From: a virus
IMG/VR virus record: IMGVR_UViG_3300037258_000161
Span: 1 to 64,000 of that record
Length of the DNA stretch: 64,000 bases
Direction: 5' to 3' (one strand)
Made by a program: the position numbers and the translations under genes. A model generated the notes under the pieces. It was given only the letters and a program-made list of their open reading frames with translations, had not been told where the DNA came from and did no database searches. The first letter of the stretch is position 1, and each line of letters opens with the position of its first letter. This document shows positions 45,687 to 54,567 of this stretch, piece by piece.

Positions 45687-45733
45687 GCTTTGTCACCGCC
45701 TTCCCGCTCGCCGGTCCGGGCAGCGGGAAAGCC

Positions 45734-46536
45734 TCACTCCAGCGCCGGTATCTCCAGTCCCCCCTCGGCCGCCCTCTTCCGCAGGCGCGGATCCAGGCGC
45801 AGCCTGTCTTTCATGCTGAGCCGCTTCCTCCTCGGCCTGGCGCCGGGGCGCTGCACCGGGTCAGGAGGCGACCCGGCTGCATTGCCGCCGGCGCTCGCTG
45901 CCACGGTGGTCCACCGCAGCAGCCGCACCTCGTCCACGAGCAGGGCCAGAAGCATCTCCGGGGAAGACCAGCGGCCGGCGTCCGGATCAACCGGCTCCAC
46001 TGGTGCCGCGTCCGGGTCATCCTGCGCGGCGTTGCGGAGCCCGGTCAGCGTCAGGGACTCCGGAGGGAGCGCGTCGATCAGTACGAGGAGCTTGCGCAGG
46101 CTGAGCTTGCCGCGGTAGTGATCAAGCAGGTCCAGCCCGTAGTAACGGTGCAGGTCGGCCTCTAGCGCCTCGTGGTGCTCCTTGAGGAACGCGAGCGCCG
46201 AGAGGGTTTTCCCGGCGTGATACCACTGGCAGAGGACACGACCTCGATGATCCGCTCAAGCTGGTAGTTCCGGACCTTCGCCGCGGTGAACGCCTTGAAG
46301 TCCTTGTCGCTCAGGACGCGCTGCGCCCACGCGATCGAGTTTCCGTTCCCGAGGAACACGCTGGCCTCGTGCGGCCAGTCCTTCTGATGCGGGAAGGTGA
46401 CGACCTTCCCGCCGATGCGGACGCTCGTGGGCTCGCCGACCGCCTCACGGCGCAGGGCGTCATCTTCGGCGTCCAGGTCGAGGTCAACAACGTCAGCCTC
46501 TTCAGCGTCCCGTTCCGGGGCGTCTGCGGCGGTCAT
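45734..46536 (-). CDS. tail assembly chaperone, -1 frameshift extension (gpGT-like)
   Basis: GGGAAAA slippery site at 46207-46213; -1 frame reads ...EALEADLHRYYGLDLLD...LIDALPPES. Confidence 0.85.
46162..46536 (-). CDS. tail assembly chaperone (gpG-like)
   Basis: Between major tail and tape measure genes; ...TPGK at the slippery site. Confidence 0.85.
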   Translation of the reverse strand: MTAADAPERDAEEADVVDLDLDAEDDALRREAVGEPTSVRIGGKVVTFPHQKDWPHEASVFLGNGNSIAWAQRVLSDKDFKAFTAAKVRNYQLERIIEVVSSASGITPGKPSRRSRSSRSTTRR

Positions 46537-46618
46537 TCAGGGTCCTCTCTGGCGCTCCCATTCCGGCAGCGCGGACGGCAGGAAACGGCCCGGTACATTC
46601 CGCACCGGGCCGCACTGG

Positions 46619-47224
46619 TTACGCGAAGAACGGCGTCAGATCAGCGGCGCCGTAGTCGATGTAGCGCTGGATCGCCGCCCTGGTGGACCCGATCATGTCG
46701 GGGTACAGGGTGATGGTCAGCTGGATGGTCTCGGCGTCGGTCTGCTGCTGCTGGTCGTTGCCGCGGCTGGTCACCTTGGCGTTGACAGCGAAGTTCCGCA
46801 TCGCCTTGTCGCCGTCGATGGTGTCGAACAGGAAGCAGTACCTGTTGTCGGTGGGGATCTCGGGCATCAGGTACGTGGCCACGGTGGTGCCGGTCGCAGG
46901 CTGCAGCTGGTCGAGCAGCACATCGTCGTACAGCGCCCTGACGGCGGGGTTCAGGCCCTCCATGAAGGTGACGTCGAACGTCTTAGGGGCTGCGGACGTG
47001 ATGGTGCGGATCGGGTCCAGTGTGCCGGCCGCCATCACATCCTTGATGGTCTCGGCCAGCTTGAAGGTGGCACCCGTGGTGTCCACCCAGCCCAGGCAGA
47101 TCCACGGCGATGTCACCGCAGCGAAGCCCGCGGGCGGCGTAGTACCCAGGTCGGCGTAGTACGCCATGACATCACCTGCGGCATATGTGAGGTCAGCTGA
47201 CCTAGTGTCCGTAATGAGACTCAC
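46619..47224 (-). CDS. major tail protein
   Basis: LGWVDTTG, FDVTFME, QLTITLYP; position. Confidence 0.85.
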   Translation of the reverse strand: MSLITDTRSADLTYAAGDVMAYYADLGTTPPAGFAAVTSPWICLGWVDTTGATFKLAETIKDVMAAGTLDPIRTITSAAPKTFDVTFMEGLNPAVRALYDDVLLDQLQPATGTTVATYLMPEIPTDNRYCFLFDTIDGDKAMRNFAVNAKVTSRGNDQQQQTDAETIQLTITLYPDMIGSTRAAIQRYIDYGAADLTPFFA

Positions 47225-47235
47225 CCTCTATCTAG

Positions 47236-47934
47236 TCAGGTTTCCTCACCGCCCGTCCCATTAGGCGATGTGGGGGCGGATTTGGGTTCGGTAGTGACTG
47301 CCGGCCAGACGACCTGCGCTCTTGCGGTCAGGACGTTCTTCCGGTACGTCGGGTCCTGCCACTGGGCCTTCCGGGTCGCACTGAGTTTCGCTAGCGCCTC
47401 CGCAGAGTGCGTTCGGCCTATGTGAGCTTCCGAGCGGTTCTTACGGCCCTCTTCGGAGCGCTGCCCTGCCAGGATGGCGGCACGTTTCTCCTTGTCAGCC
47501 CACATAGCGCGACCGTTCGCGGACATCGTGGCCAGCAGTTCCGGGCTCTTCTCGCGACCGCGGTTAGCCGCCCCGATCTTGGCCCGCGTCTCGGCGGACA
47601 CCACGCGCCCGCGGTGTGCCGCGCTGAGCTTGGCCCGCGTCTCAGGGGAGATCGAGCCCTTGATGCGCTCATTGAGCAGTGCGCCGCGGGTGAGTTTGCG
47701 CAGGGCGATGATGCATGCCCGCTCCACCTTGTTGGCCTCTTCGCCGTCCTCGACGATGGCGATGATCCGGAAGGCTGGCGGAGCATCCAGCGTCCGCAGC
47801 CACTGGTGCAGCTTGTTGTTCCTGCGGGTGCGGTCGTTCCAGTGCTGGCGCTGCCTGCCTTTACCGCTCACGGACTGCCCGATGTACCTGATCTCACCCG
47901 CGTCGCCGAGTACGGCGTAGATGTCTGTAGCCAT
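47236..47934 (-). CDS. GIY-YIG homing endonuclease with NUMOD3 repeats
   Basis: IYAV...RYIGQS..R..QH...E...I...LLN; SPETRAKLSAAHRG repeats. Confidence 0.88.
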   Translation of the reverse strand: MATDIYAVLGDAGEIRYIGQSVSGKGRQRQHWNDRTRRNNKLHQWLRTLDAPPAFRIIAIVEDGEEANKVERACIIALRKLTRGALLNERIKGSISPETRAKLSAAHRGRVVSAETRAKIGAANRGREKSPELLATMSANGRAMWADKEKRAAILAGQRSEEGRKNRSEAHIGRTHSAEALAKLSATRKAQWQDPTYRKNVLTARAQVVWPAVTTEPKSAPTSPNGTGGEET

Positions 47935-47943
47935 GCGGTCTAT

Positions 47944-47961
47944 TGTACATCCATGTACATG
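47944..47961. promoter_or_regulatory. tandem TGTACA palindromes between divergent -10 boxes
   Basis: TGTACA (47944-49) and CATGTACATG (47952-61); TACAAT on minus, TAGCAT on plus. Confidence 0.65.
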
Positions 47962-47977
47962 AGCTAGCATGGATGTC

Positions 47978-48169
47978 ATGAGCGAGTCTTCAGAGAAAGG
48001 CGTCGCCGAGTTGCGGCTTGAACTGGCCGACGTCCTCAATGCCGCCGCCGTGCGCGGCGAGATAACCTACGTCACCAACCGCGGGAGGCGCATGGCCGCC
48101 GTCGTCCCCATTCCCGTCGCTGAGGCGGCCGAAGCGGCGGCCAAGTCGAGGACTGATCGGCAGAGATGA
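47978..48169 (+). CDS. Phd/YefM-family antitoxin-like DNA-binding protein
   Basis: GVAELRLELADVLNAAAVRGEITYVTNRGRRMAAVVP. Confidence 0.85.
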   Translation: MSESSEKGVAELRLELADVLNAAAVRGEITYVTNRGRRMAAVVPIPVAEAAEAAAKSRTDRQR

Positions 48170-48624
48170 CTACCGATAAGGCCGTTGACGTCTGGCTGAT
48201 CGCCTTCCTGTCCGCCCGGCTGGACGAGGACGAGCTGGCCGCGCGGAACGCGGGCGGGGAGACATGGGACTTCACGGGCCCGGACTGCAAGGTACGCGTC
48301 CGCGAGCCTGACGGCGACCTCGGGCGCATCATCGCCTACTGCCGGCACGGCGAGCCACTGAACGAAGATCTGGCGCTCGCAATCCATATCGGCCACAACG
48401 ACCCAGCCCGCACGCTCCGCGAGATCGAGATCGAGATCGAGATCAGGCGGGCGAGGCTGAGGCGGTACCTGGAACAGCCCAGCTGGCACCTGCCCGAGGG
48501 TGTCCGCGACACCGACGAGCGCCAGCGCGCCCAGATAGTGAAAGACGTACTGGACGGCGAGGTCCGGGAGGACGCCGCCGTCTACAGCGACCATCCGGAC
48601 TACCGGCAGGAGTGGAAACCATGA
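48166..48624 (+). CDS. DUF6221-like protein
   Basis: FLSARLDEDE, HNDPARTLRE, YSDHPDYRQEW. Confidence 0.8.
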   Translation: MTTDKAVDVWLIAFLSARLDEDELAARNAGGETWDFTGPDCKVRVREPDGDLGRIIAYCRHGEPLNEDLALAIHIGHNDPARTLREIEIEIEIRRARLRRYLEQPSWHLPEGVRDTDERQRAQIVKDVLDGEVREDAAVYSDHPDYRQEWKP

Positions 48625-48824
48625 CCGGCCAGATCCTGGTCATCCTGGGGATTGCGATTGCCGTGTTCGTAACGGTCATCCTGGGTGCGTTCTTGTATGC
48701 GGCGCTCAAGGGGGCCACATTCCGTGAGGCGTGGCACCTCTGGTGGGAAGCTGTGGACCGCGAATACAAGGAGCACCCGACGTGGATTGCCCGGTGGCGC
48801 AGGCGCCGGCGAGCGCCTAAGTGA
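48621..48824 (+). CDS. small membrane protein
   Basis: ATGA-coupled; N-terminal TM; Arg-rich tail. Confidence 0.65.
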   Translation: MTGQILVILGIAIAVFVTVILGAFLYAALKGATFREAWHLWWEAVDREYKEHPTWIARWRRRRRAPK

Positions 48825-48833
48825 CGTGCCCTG

Positions 48834-49265
48834 TCAGGGCCGGGCGTGGATCTCGTAGCTCGCGCCGTAACGCGACATGTCCTGGTTCTCGTCGGGGATC
48901 CACCGCGGCCCGACTACCACCGTGACCGTCTGGACCGTCCCCTCCGGCAGGCTCACCCCCCGCAGCTGCCACAGCAGGAGGCATTCGCAGGCCTGCGCGA
49001 TGGCGTACGCCGCATCCCGGTCGAACGAGTACACGTCCAGGTCCACGATCGGGCGGTCCACGAAATAGCTCCGCGTCGCACCGGACACGCGGCTGATCCG
49101 GGTCCACGCACCGGACGCGCCAGGGGGGATGTACGGCAGGTCGGTGCAGAGCCTCACCGGGGCGAGCACGGCGTTCTGCCCGAGCCCCTGCTGCCCGGTG
49201 AGCCAGTTGAGCAGCAACACCTCGATGTCAGGGAACGGCTTCGGGCTGAACCTCGGCAGCGGCAC
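48834..49265 (-). CDS. tail terminator
   Basis: FPDIE..L, RISRVSG, DRPIVDLDVY, RYGASYEI. Confidence 0.8.
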   Translation of the reverse strand: MPLPRFSPKPFPDIEVLLLNWLTGQQGLGQNAVLAPVRLCTDLPYIPPGASGAWTRISRVSGATRSYFVDRPIVDLDVYSFDRDAAYAIAQACECLLLWQLRGVSLPEGTVQTVTVVVGPRWIPDENQDMSRYGASYEIHARP

Positions 49266-49266
49266 G

Positions 49267-49605
49267 TCAGTCGCCGGCCGCGCTCATCAGCGCGTTGAGC
49301 ATCGTGTGGTGAGCCAGCTGGCGGTGCGTGCCGTACTCGACCCAGCGGGCTTCGGGGGCTGAGTTCGAGATGATTGCTGCCGCCCTGTCCCCTTTCCAGC
49401 CGCCAGCGCTGGTGATCGTCATAGAGAAGGAGTCCTTGTACCGGCCGCGGTGCGGATCTTCCCAGTCGCCGTGATAGACGGGGGCCGTGGCGATGCACTG
49501 CGCCAGGACGTTCGCGCCGCGGCGTCCCATCTCGGCCTGCAGGAAGTCCGAGCGGAGCATGGCACCGATTCCGGCATAGCTGCCCTGGTAGGTGCTGCCG
49601 CCCAT
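49267..49605 (-). CDS. neck protein (HK97 gp10-like)
   Basis: APV...GRYKDS, ARWVEYGT. Confidence 0.75.
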   Translation of the reverse strand: MGGSTYQGSYAGIGAMLRSDFLQAEMGRRGANVLAQCIATAPVYHGDWEDPHRGRYKDSFSMTITSAGGWKGDRAAAIISNSAPEARWVEYGTHRQLAHHTMLNALMSAAGD

Positions 49606-49614
49606 TGGTGCCCC

Positions 49615-49986
49615 CTAACCCGCCTCGGTAGACATGTGGGCCGTGGCGCCCGTGACGCGCTTCAGGTGGACGAAGACCGGGCCGACGAGGCCGGTAAAGG
49701 GCGACGTCCAGGTGCCACCCTCGCCAGTAATCTCGAACGTTTCGCCGTTCTCGCGGATGATCCGGTCCTGCGGCGCGACCGGTGTTCCCCGGGGCAGGTA
49801 CATCTGGCCACCAGCCGTGACCTGCTCAGTGCCGATCGCGGCTTCGGCCTCGGTACCGGGCTCCCATGCGACGGGGCCGACCGTAGAGTCGGTGAAGGTG
49901 ATGATGTCGTTGCCGCGAGCGCTCCGGCCGGTTATGGCCGCCCTTTGGTACGTGACGTACTCACCTGGACCGCCGGGATCCAGCAT
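49615..49986 (-). CDS. head-to-tail stopper
   Basis: YLPRG...DRI...GETFEI.GE...W.SPFTG...V.LKRVTG. Confidence 0.8.
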   Translation of the reverse strand: MLDPGGPGEYVTYQRAAITGRSARGNDIITFTDSTVGPVAWEPGTEAEAAIGTEQVTAGGQMYLPRGTPVAPQDRIIRENGETFEITGEGGTWTSPFTGLVGPVFVHLKRVTGATAHMSTEAG

Positions 49987-50007
49987 CGGCTACCTCCCGC
50001 GCTCCGG

Positions 50008-50343
50008 TCAGGCCACGTGCTTCCAGGTCACCCGGTTGACGACGTCGTGCACGGTCGGCTGCTTTACGCCATAGGCGGCACCGAGGGTCTGCTGGGAGAC
50101 GCCGCCTGCGTCCCATCTGCGGCGTATCTCTCTCACTTTGTCCTCGTTCAATTTGGCGCAGCAGTGCTCGTTGCCCTTGGCTGGGTGAAGTGAGCCATGG
50201 CGCAGCGAGTCCTGCACGTTCTCGCTGTGAGTGCCGAACTCAAGGTTGGACGCAGCACAGTCGGTCTTGATGCCGTTCTTGTGCCGGCGGACCAGACCGG
50301 GCGGCAGAGGTCCGAGGAAAGCGGCCAGGTCGTATCCGCGCAT
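50008..50343 (-). CDS. HNH homing endonuclease with HTH (probably N-terminally truncated)
   Basis: AFLGP...RHKNG...NLEFGTHSENVQD; AKLNEDKVREIR...TWKHV. Confidence 0.75.
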   Translation of the reverse strand: MRGYDLAAFLGPLPPGLVRRHKNGIKTDCAASNLEFGTHSENVQDSLRHGSLHPAKGNEHCCAKLNEDKVREIRRRWDAGGVSQQTLGAAYGVKQPTVHDVVNRVTWKHVA

Positions 50344-50987
50344 TAGCGCAGGCGCGTCATGATCGTGCCAGTCGTGAGCCGGTAGTCCTTCAGTGCCGCG
50401 AGGTCAGCCTGAGTCAGGGCGACCGCCACGCCACCGCCAGACCGCTCCAAACGGTACGAATACGCCCCTAATGTTTCCCCGATCACGCCCGCCGCAAGAG
50501 TCGGCGCCGCGAGTACTGACAGCACTGCATTCGCGCAGACCATCACCACGTCGTCGGGTACCTCGGGGTAACCGTAGTTCCGGCAGACCTTGAAGGTCTG
50601 GGGGTACAAATCGGAATCCCAGTACACATAGGGCAGGTTGATGATGAAGTCGGTCCCCACGTCCAACCGGATGCGGTCGATCCCGTCGAAGATGAACCAG
50701 GTGATCGGGATGTCCGGCAAATCAATGCCGCCGCCGAAGTCGCTCCCGATCGCGGTCACGGAGATGACCTCGGTCGTGGTCTTGTCCGGCAGCAGGATCT
50801 CGGAGTCGTGGCCGCGGAAGATGCCCGTCTCATCCGCGTGCAGCAGGAAGTCCCGCCGGCAGTAGCGGCGGATCTGCGCCGAGGCGTCGGCCAGGAGCGC
50901 CGGGGCACGCGTGGCCTCAGCCTCGGTCAGGTCGCGCCCCAGCCGCGCGGCGACGTCATCCGGCTGGGCGAGAGGGGGCGGGCTCAT
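50343..50987 (-). CDS. head-to-tail adaptor
   Basis: LA.PDDVAARLGRDL, LLADASAQIR, GY.EVPDDV, ETLGAYSY. Confidence 0.85.
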   Translation of the reverse strand: MSPPPLAQPDDVAARLGRDLTEAEATRAPALLADASAQIRRYCRRDFLLHADETGIFRGHDSEILLPDKTTTEVISVTAIGSDFGGGIDLPDIPITWFIFDGIDRIRLDVGTDFIINLPYVYWDSDLYPQTFKVCRNYGYPEVPDDVVMVCANAVLSVLAAPTLAAGVIGETLGAYSYRLERSGGGVAVALTQADLAALKDYRLTTGTIMTRLR

Positions 50988-51035
50988 CGGCTACCCCTTC
51001 CTGCCGTCACCGGATGACGTCGCCGCGGTCAGGTG

Positions 51036-51389
51036 CTAGTGGGTGCGGATGCGGCCGGTCACCCAGAGGGTGATCTTCGCCGTGGTCCCCTGCAGGCCAC
51101 TGAGGAAGTCGCCGGGCTGCATGACGATGCCGAGTGTGCCGAGGGTTGAGGCCAGCGATGACGAGGACACCGCCGCCACGGACAGGGCGGCGGCCACGCG
51201 GTGCGTGACCCCGGCGGTACCCCCCGAGGGCACGACGTCCAGCGTGTAGCCGTACGCGGTGCTCCCGTCGTTGTTGCAGGCCACCACGTTGTCGAGGATC
51301 CAGTCCTCGCCGGCCGGAACGGTGGCGAGGGTGGTCGCCGAGGTAGTCGGCTGTCCCTTGTAGAAGTTGGCGTTCTGGAGCGGTCCCAT
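51036..51389 (-). CDS. virion protein (possible capsid decoration)
   Basis: Directly after MCP; beta-sandwich pattern; AGGAG SD. Confidence 0.6.
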   Translation of the reverse strand: MGPLQNANFYKGQPTTSATTLATVPAGEDWILDNVVACNNDGSTAYGYTLDVVPSGGTAGVTHRVAAALSVAAVSSSSLASTLGTLGIVMQPGDFLSGLQGTTAKITLWVTGRIRTH

Positions 51390-51440
51390 GCGTCTTCTCC
51401 TGTTCCTGGTTCGTGTCTTCGTGTTGCCCGGGAACCGGCG

Positions 51441-52442
51441 TCAGACGGCGCTCGCGATGGCACCGAAGGGCCAGCGCTGCTGGGTCCCCCCCGCTCCGTC
51501 GATCGTCTCGGTCGGCTGCATGATGGTGACCGGGTTCGCGGTGGCATAGGCCATGCGGAAGGTCAGCTTCATGGCCACGGCGTTCTGCTGGAGGAGGTTG
51601 AGGACGACCTGCCCGGAGTCGTTGCTGATGACGCCCACATCGGTCATCTGGAACGAGATGTCCTGCCGCAGCCCGATCACAGCCTTGGTCCAGTCGCCGC
51701 ACAGCACCTGGGCCTTGGCGCCTTGCCACGAGCCGTTCTTGACCTCCGTCATCGTGTAGCCGTACAGAAGCGAGTTCCCCGTCGCCTTGCCGTTCTGCAT
51801 GTCGGGGGCATAGATCGGGACACCCTGTTCCGACCGCAGTCCCTTCAGCCGCCATCCCAGGCCGGGACGCGCGGCGAAGCCGTCCACCGTGTAGCCGGTC
51901 TGGGACATTGCGTCCCCGAGGGCCGCGATGGACTGCCCGAAGTCGTCCGCCGACTCGGTCCCGGCGGAATCCAGGTAACCATCCTGGACGACGTTCCCGG
52001 CCGCTACCGCACCGTCGTAGATCGCCTGTCCCCATGTGGTGGGCTTGGCGACATTCCAGAAAACAGCCGAGTCGATCAGTGCGCCGAGCGCCTCCACCAT
52101 CCGCGGCTGGACCTGCGCCCAGACATCCACATCGGCGTCATCGAGATACGCCTTCGGAACGGGGATGATCGTGGCGAGTTCCTCCACGACCAGCTGGACG
52201 CCCTTCCATGCCTGCGCCGCCGTCTGCACGAGGCCCGTGTCGCCTCCGACGAAGTAGGCGACCGGCAGCATGTCCAGCACGGGGATGCGCTGGGTCTTGG
52301 AGGACAGCGGCATGTGCGCCATCAGGCCCAGGGCCGCGCTCGAAGTCGGGAGTTCCTGGAAGATCTCGTTGCTCAGCGGCTCCGGCACGAGTGCGTCGGA
52401 ACCGCTGGAGCGCGAGATGAGGTCGTTATAGACACCCGTCAT
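51441..52442 (-). CDS. major capsid protein (HK97 fold)
   Basis: LVPEPLSNEI, EELATIIPVP, GDW, IGLRQDI, NLLQQN.VA...R. Confidence 0.92.
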   Translation of the reverse strand: MTGVYNDLISRSSGSDALVPEPLSNEIFQELPTSSAALGLMAHMPLSSKTQRIPVLDMLPVAYFVGGDTGLVQTAAQAWKGVQLVVEELATIIPVPKAYLDDADVDVWAQVQPRMVEALGALIDSAVFWNVAKPTTWGQAIYDGAVAAGNVVQDGYLDSAGTESADDFGQSIAALGDAMSQTGYTVDGFAARPGLGWRLKGLRSEQGVPIYAPDMQNGKATGNSLLYGYTMTEVKNGSWQGAKAQVLCGDWTKAVIGLRQDISFQMTDVGVISNDSGQVVLNLLQQNAVAMKLTFRMAYATANPVTIMQPTETIDGAGGTQQRWPFGAIASAV

Positions 52443-52495
52443 CGGGCTTACCGCCTTTCACTGTGGGGCAGCCCGGCATGGCGGTGCTGCTGGAA

Positions 52496-53194
52496 TTACC
52501 TGGAACGGAGGTCTTCGTACTGGTTGCGGATCCACTCGCCGCCAGTCCGCGGCGCGTCACGGCCCGCAGGGGACGCCCCGGCGCGCATGGCTTCTACGGG
52601 CCGGCGCCCGCGGGCTGCCGCCGCCGTTCCCGCGGCAGTGGCTGAGGTGCCGTTCGCGCCAGCCGCCGCCTGGGCCGTGGCGAGCTGGGCCGCCACCTGG
52701 TCGGCGACACGGTTGTTGATCTCGGCGGCGATGGCCTCCGCATTCGCGTTGATCTCGTCCTCGGTCGCACCGCTGAGCGTGTCGATCAGCCCGGGAGGGA
52801 GTCCGTACGTGGCCGCCGCGAGGGTGCGGTGATAGCGGCCCTCCGCGTCAGCCGCGCGCTGCTCAGCCGCGGCCCGGGCGTCGGTCTCACGCTGGAGCTC
52901 GGTCTTCTGGGCGTCCTCGATCGCGGCGAGCTTCCTGGCTGCCTCGCCGCCCGCCTGGACCTGGTTTCTGTACCTGTTCGCCGCCGTCTCGTTCTTGCGG
53001 GACAGGTCCCGCCACTTCTTTGCCTCAGCCTGCGCCGCGGCGAGCGGGTCACCCTCGGTGCCGTCATCGCCGCCGGTGAGAGCGTCGGCGAGCATCTCCG
53101 CCGGGTCACCCCCGGCGTCAGCGGCCGGGGCTGCGGGTGCGGTGGCGTCAGCGGTTCCGGTGCCTTCCGCCCCGGCTCCTGCGTCTTCGGACAT
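52496..53194 (-). CDS. scaffolding protein
   Basis: KWRDLSRKNE, EDAQKTELQR, GATEDEI..NA; upstream of MCP. Confidence 0.85.
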   Translation of the reverse strand: MSEDAGAGAEGTGTADATAPAAPAADAGGDPAEMLADALTGGDDGTEGDPLAAAQAEAKKWRDLSRKNETAANRYRNQVQAGGEAARKLAAIEDAQKTELQRETDARAAAEQRAADAEGRYHRTLAAATYGLPPGLIDTLSGATEDEINANAEAIAAEINNRVADQVAAQLATAQAAAGANGTSATAAGTAAAARGRRPVEAMRAGASPAGRDAPRTGGEWIRNQYEDLRSR

Positions 53195-53220
53195 GCGGAT
53201 GCCTCCCATTCCGGGAAATG

Positions 53221-53251
53221 AAAAAGCCCTCCGCCATTCCGGCTGAGAGCT
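53221..53251 (-). terminator. hairpin + U-tract upstream of the scaffold gene
   Basis: AGCTCTC...GAGGGCT TTTT on minus; loop contains a GGAAU hairpin. Confidence 0.45.
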
Positions 53252-53273
53252 CCGTGGTGCCGCGCGAGCGCGG

Positions 53274-53645
53274 TTACTTGCGGGTGGGGCCGTCCGCCTT
53301 GAGGCTGCCGTCAGGTGCCCAGGTCGGGGGAATACGGGAAGAGAGACCCAGCTGTTTCGCGCGCATCATGACGAATCTCCGGACCGCCGCGCGTGCCTCG
53401 TCGGTAGCAGGCTTGATGCGGCCGATCGCCTTGATGGCGTTGTCCAGGTCAGCGGCGTTCTGAATGTTGAACCGGGGGCGCCCACCGGGCTTCGCTGGAG
53501 GCAGCGCCTTCCGCTGCTTCTGGAGCTTCCGCATGGTCGCGACGTCGGGTGTGGCCATGGGCCGCTTCCTTCCTGGCGAGAGGGGTTCGGGGACGAGGGG
53601 GTCACTGCCACTCGAGCGGGAGATGGCTGAGCCATAGGAAGCCAC
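53274..53645 (-). CDS. small head-associated protein (DUF6582-like) with MCP-like N-terminal peptide
   Basis: FNIQNAADLDNAIKAIGR...R.F...RAKQLG...IP.TW; GGGAGG SD before GTG 53645; alternative ATG at 53559. Confidence 0.75.
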   Translation of the reverse strand: MASYGSAISRSSGSDPLVPEPLSPGRKRPMATPDVATMRKLQKQRKALPPAKPGGRPRFNIQNAADLDNAIKAIGRIKPATDEARAAVRRFVMMRAKQLGLSSRIPPTWAPDGSLKADGPTRK

Positions 53646-53760
53646 GGGACCTCCCGTCGCTACGCTGGGAGCATGGCCAAGGTTCACCTGCAGGTCCGGG
53701 CCGCTGGACCGGGTCGCGCACGGAAGCTCGCCCGGTACATGACCCGGTGGGAGGGCGGTA

Positions 53761-54567
53761 CTACGCGACCCGAGGTGCCCCTACCGCGTCAGGGTGAGCC
53801 TTATCCCAGTACCGCCGCCATGCCCGCACTGCATCCGGTCCAGAGAAACCTCTGGTGACCCGCCTCCATTGCCGGTACAGGTCGTTGTCGCGGAGGGCCT
53901 TGGCGTCTTCCCTGCTAAAGGCTGCTGCGGCGCTGCAACGGCAACGCGAATGCGCCTTAAATCCTGCGGTCTGGGCGGTTTTGTACACTGCGCCACGTCC
54001 CGCTAGAAGGGCGCACCACGCGCATGGATCCGCCGCCGTAACGCGGTACCAGGCGACCGCTGCCGAGTCCTGCTGGACGGCCTGCAGGACCGCTGTGCGG
54101 GCCCCGTTCTGGATCAGCCGGGTAGCCGCCGACGCCATCACGTTCCCGGTCGCCTGCGCCGCCTGCGGGACGGGCTGCCCGGCCTTGATGCGCTTCAGCA
54201 GCGAGTACGGGCCGGTCGAGTCCAGCGTGGCCGTGACGAGTTCCGGGGGAGGCGGAGGGGGCACGCTCAGCAGCGGGGGAAGCGTGACCACCCCGGCTGC
54301 TGAGCGGGCCTGCTGATAGTACGCGTTCCCCGCCTGCCCCATCGCCTGTGACTGGGTCCCGATGACCGCGGTGATGGACGTGCGCACCTGGGGCCATGAC
54401 GAGATCACGTTCCGCAGGTCAAGCAGTCCCCACAGGCTGGTGATCTGCGAGAGAAGCCATGCCACCTGCCACGCCTGCTGCTGCCTGGAAGATTCGGCGA
54501 TCTGGGCCTGCGCCGCACGGGACGCGGTCGGCTGCGTGAGCGGCACCGGCCCGGCGTAGAGGCTCAC
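53761..54567 (-). CDS. MuF-like / capsid morphogenesis minor protein
   Basis: GARTAV, WYRV...PCAWCALLAGRG.VY, HSRCRC. Confidence 0.8.
   Translation of the reverse strand: MSLYAGPVPLTQPTASRAAQAQIAESSRQQQAWQVAWLLSQITSLWGLLDLRNVISSWPQVRTSITAVIGTQSQAMGQAGNAYYQQARSAAGVVTLPPLLSVPPPPPPELVTATLDSTGPYSLLKRIKAGQPVPQAAQATGNVMASAATRLIQNGARTAVLQAVQQDSAAVAWYRVTAADPCAWCALLAGRGAVYKTAQTAGFKAHSRCRCSAAAAFSREDAKALRDNDLYRQWRRVTRGFSGPDAVRAWRRYWDKAHPDAVGAPRVA

Noticed and set aside
47978-48624. Classical Phd-Doc / YefM-YoeB toxin-antitoxin pair
   Set aside because: The downstream protein has no Fic, RelE or PIN motifs, and its paralogue at 56224 stands alone.
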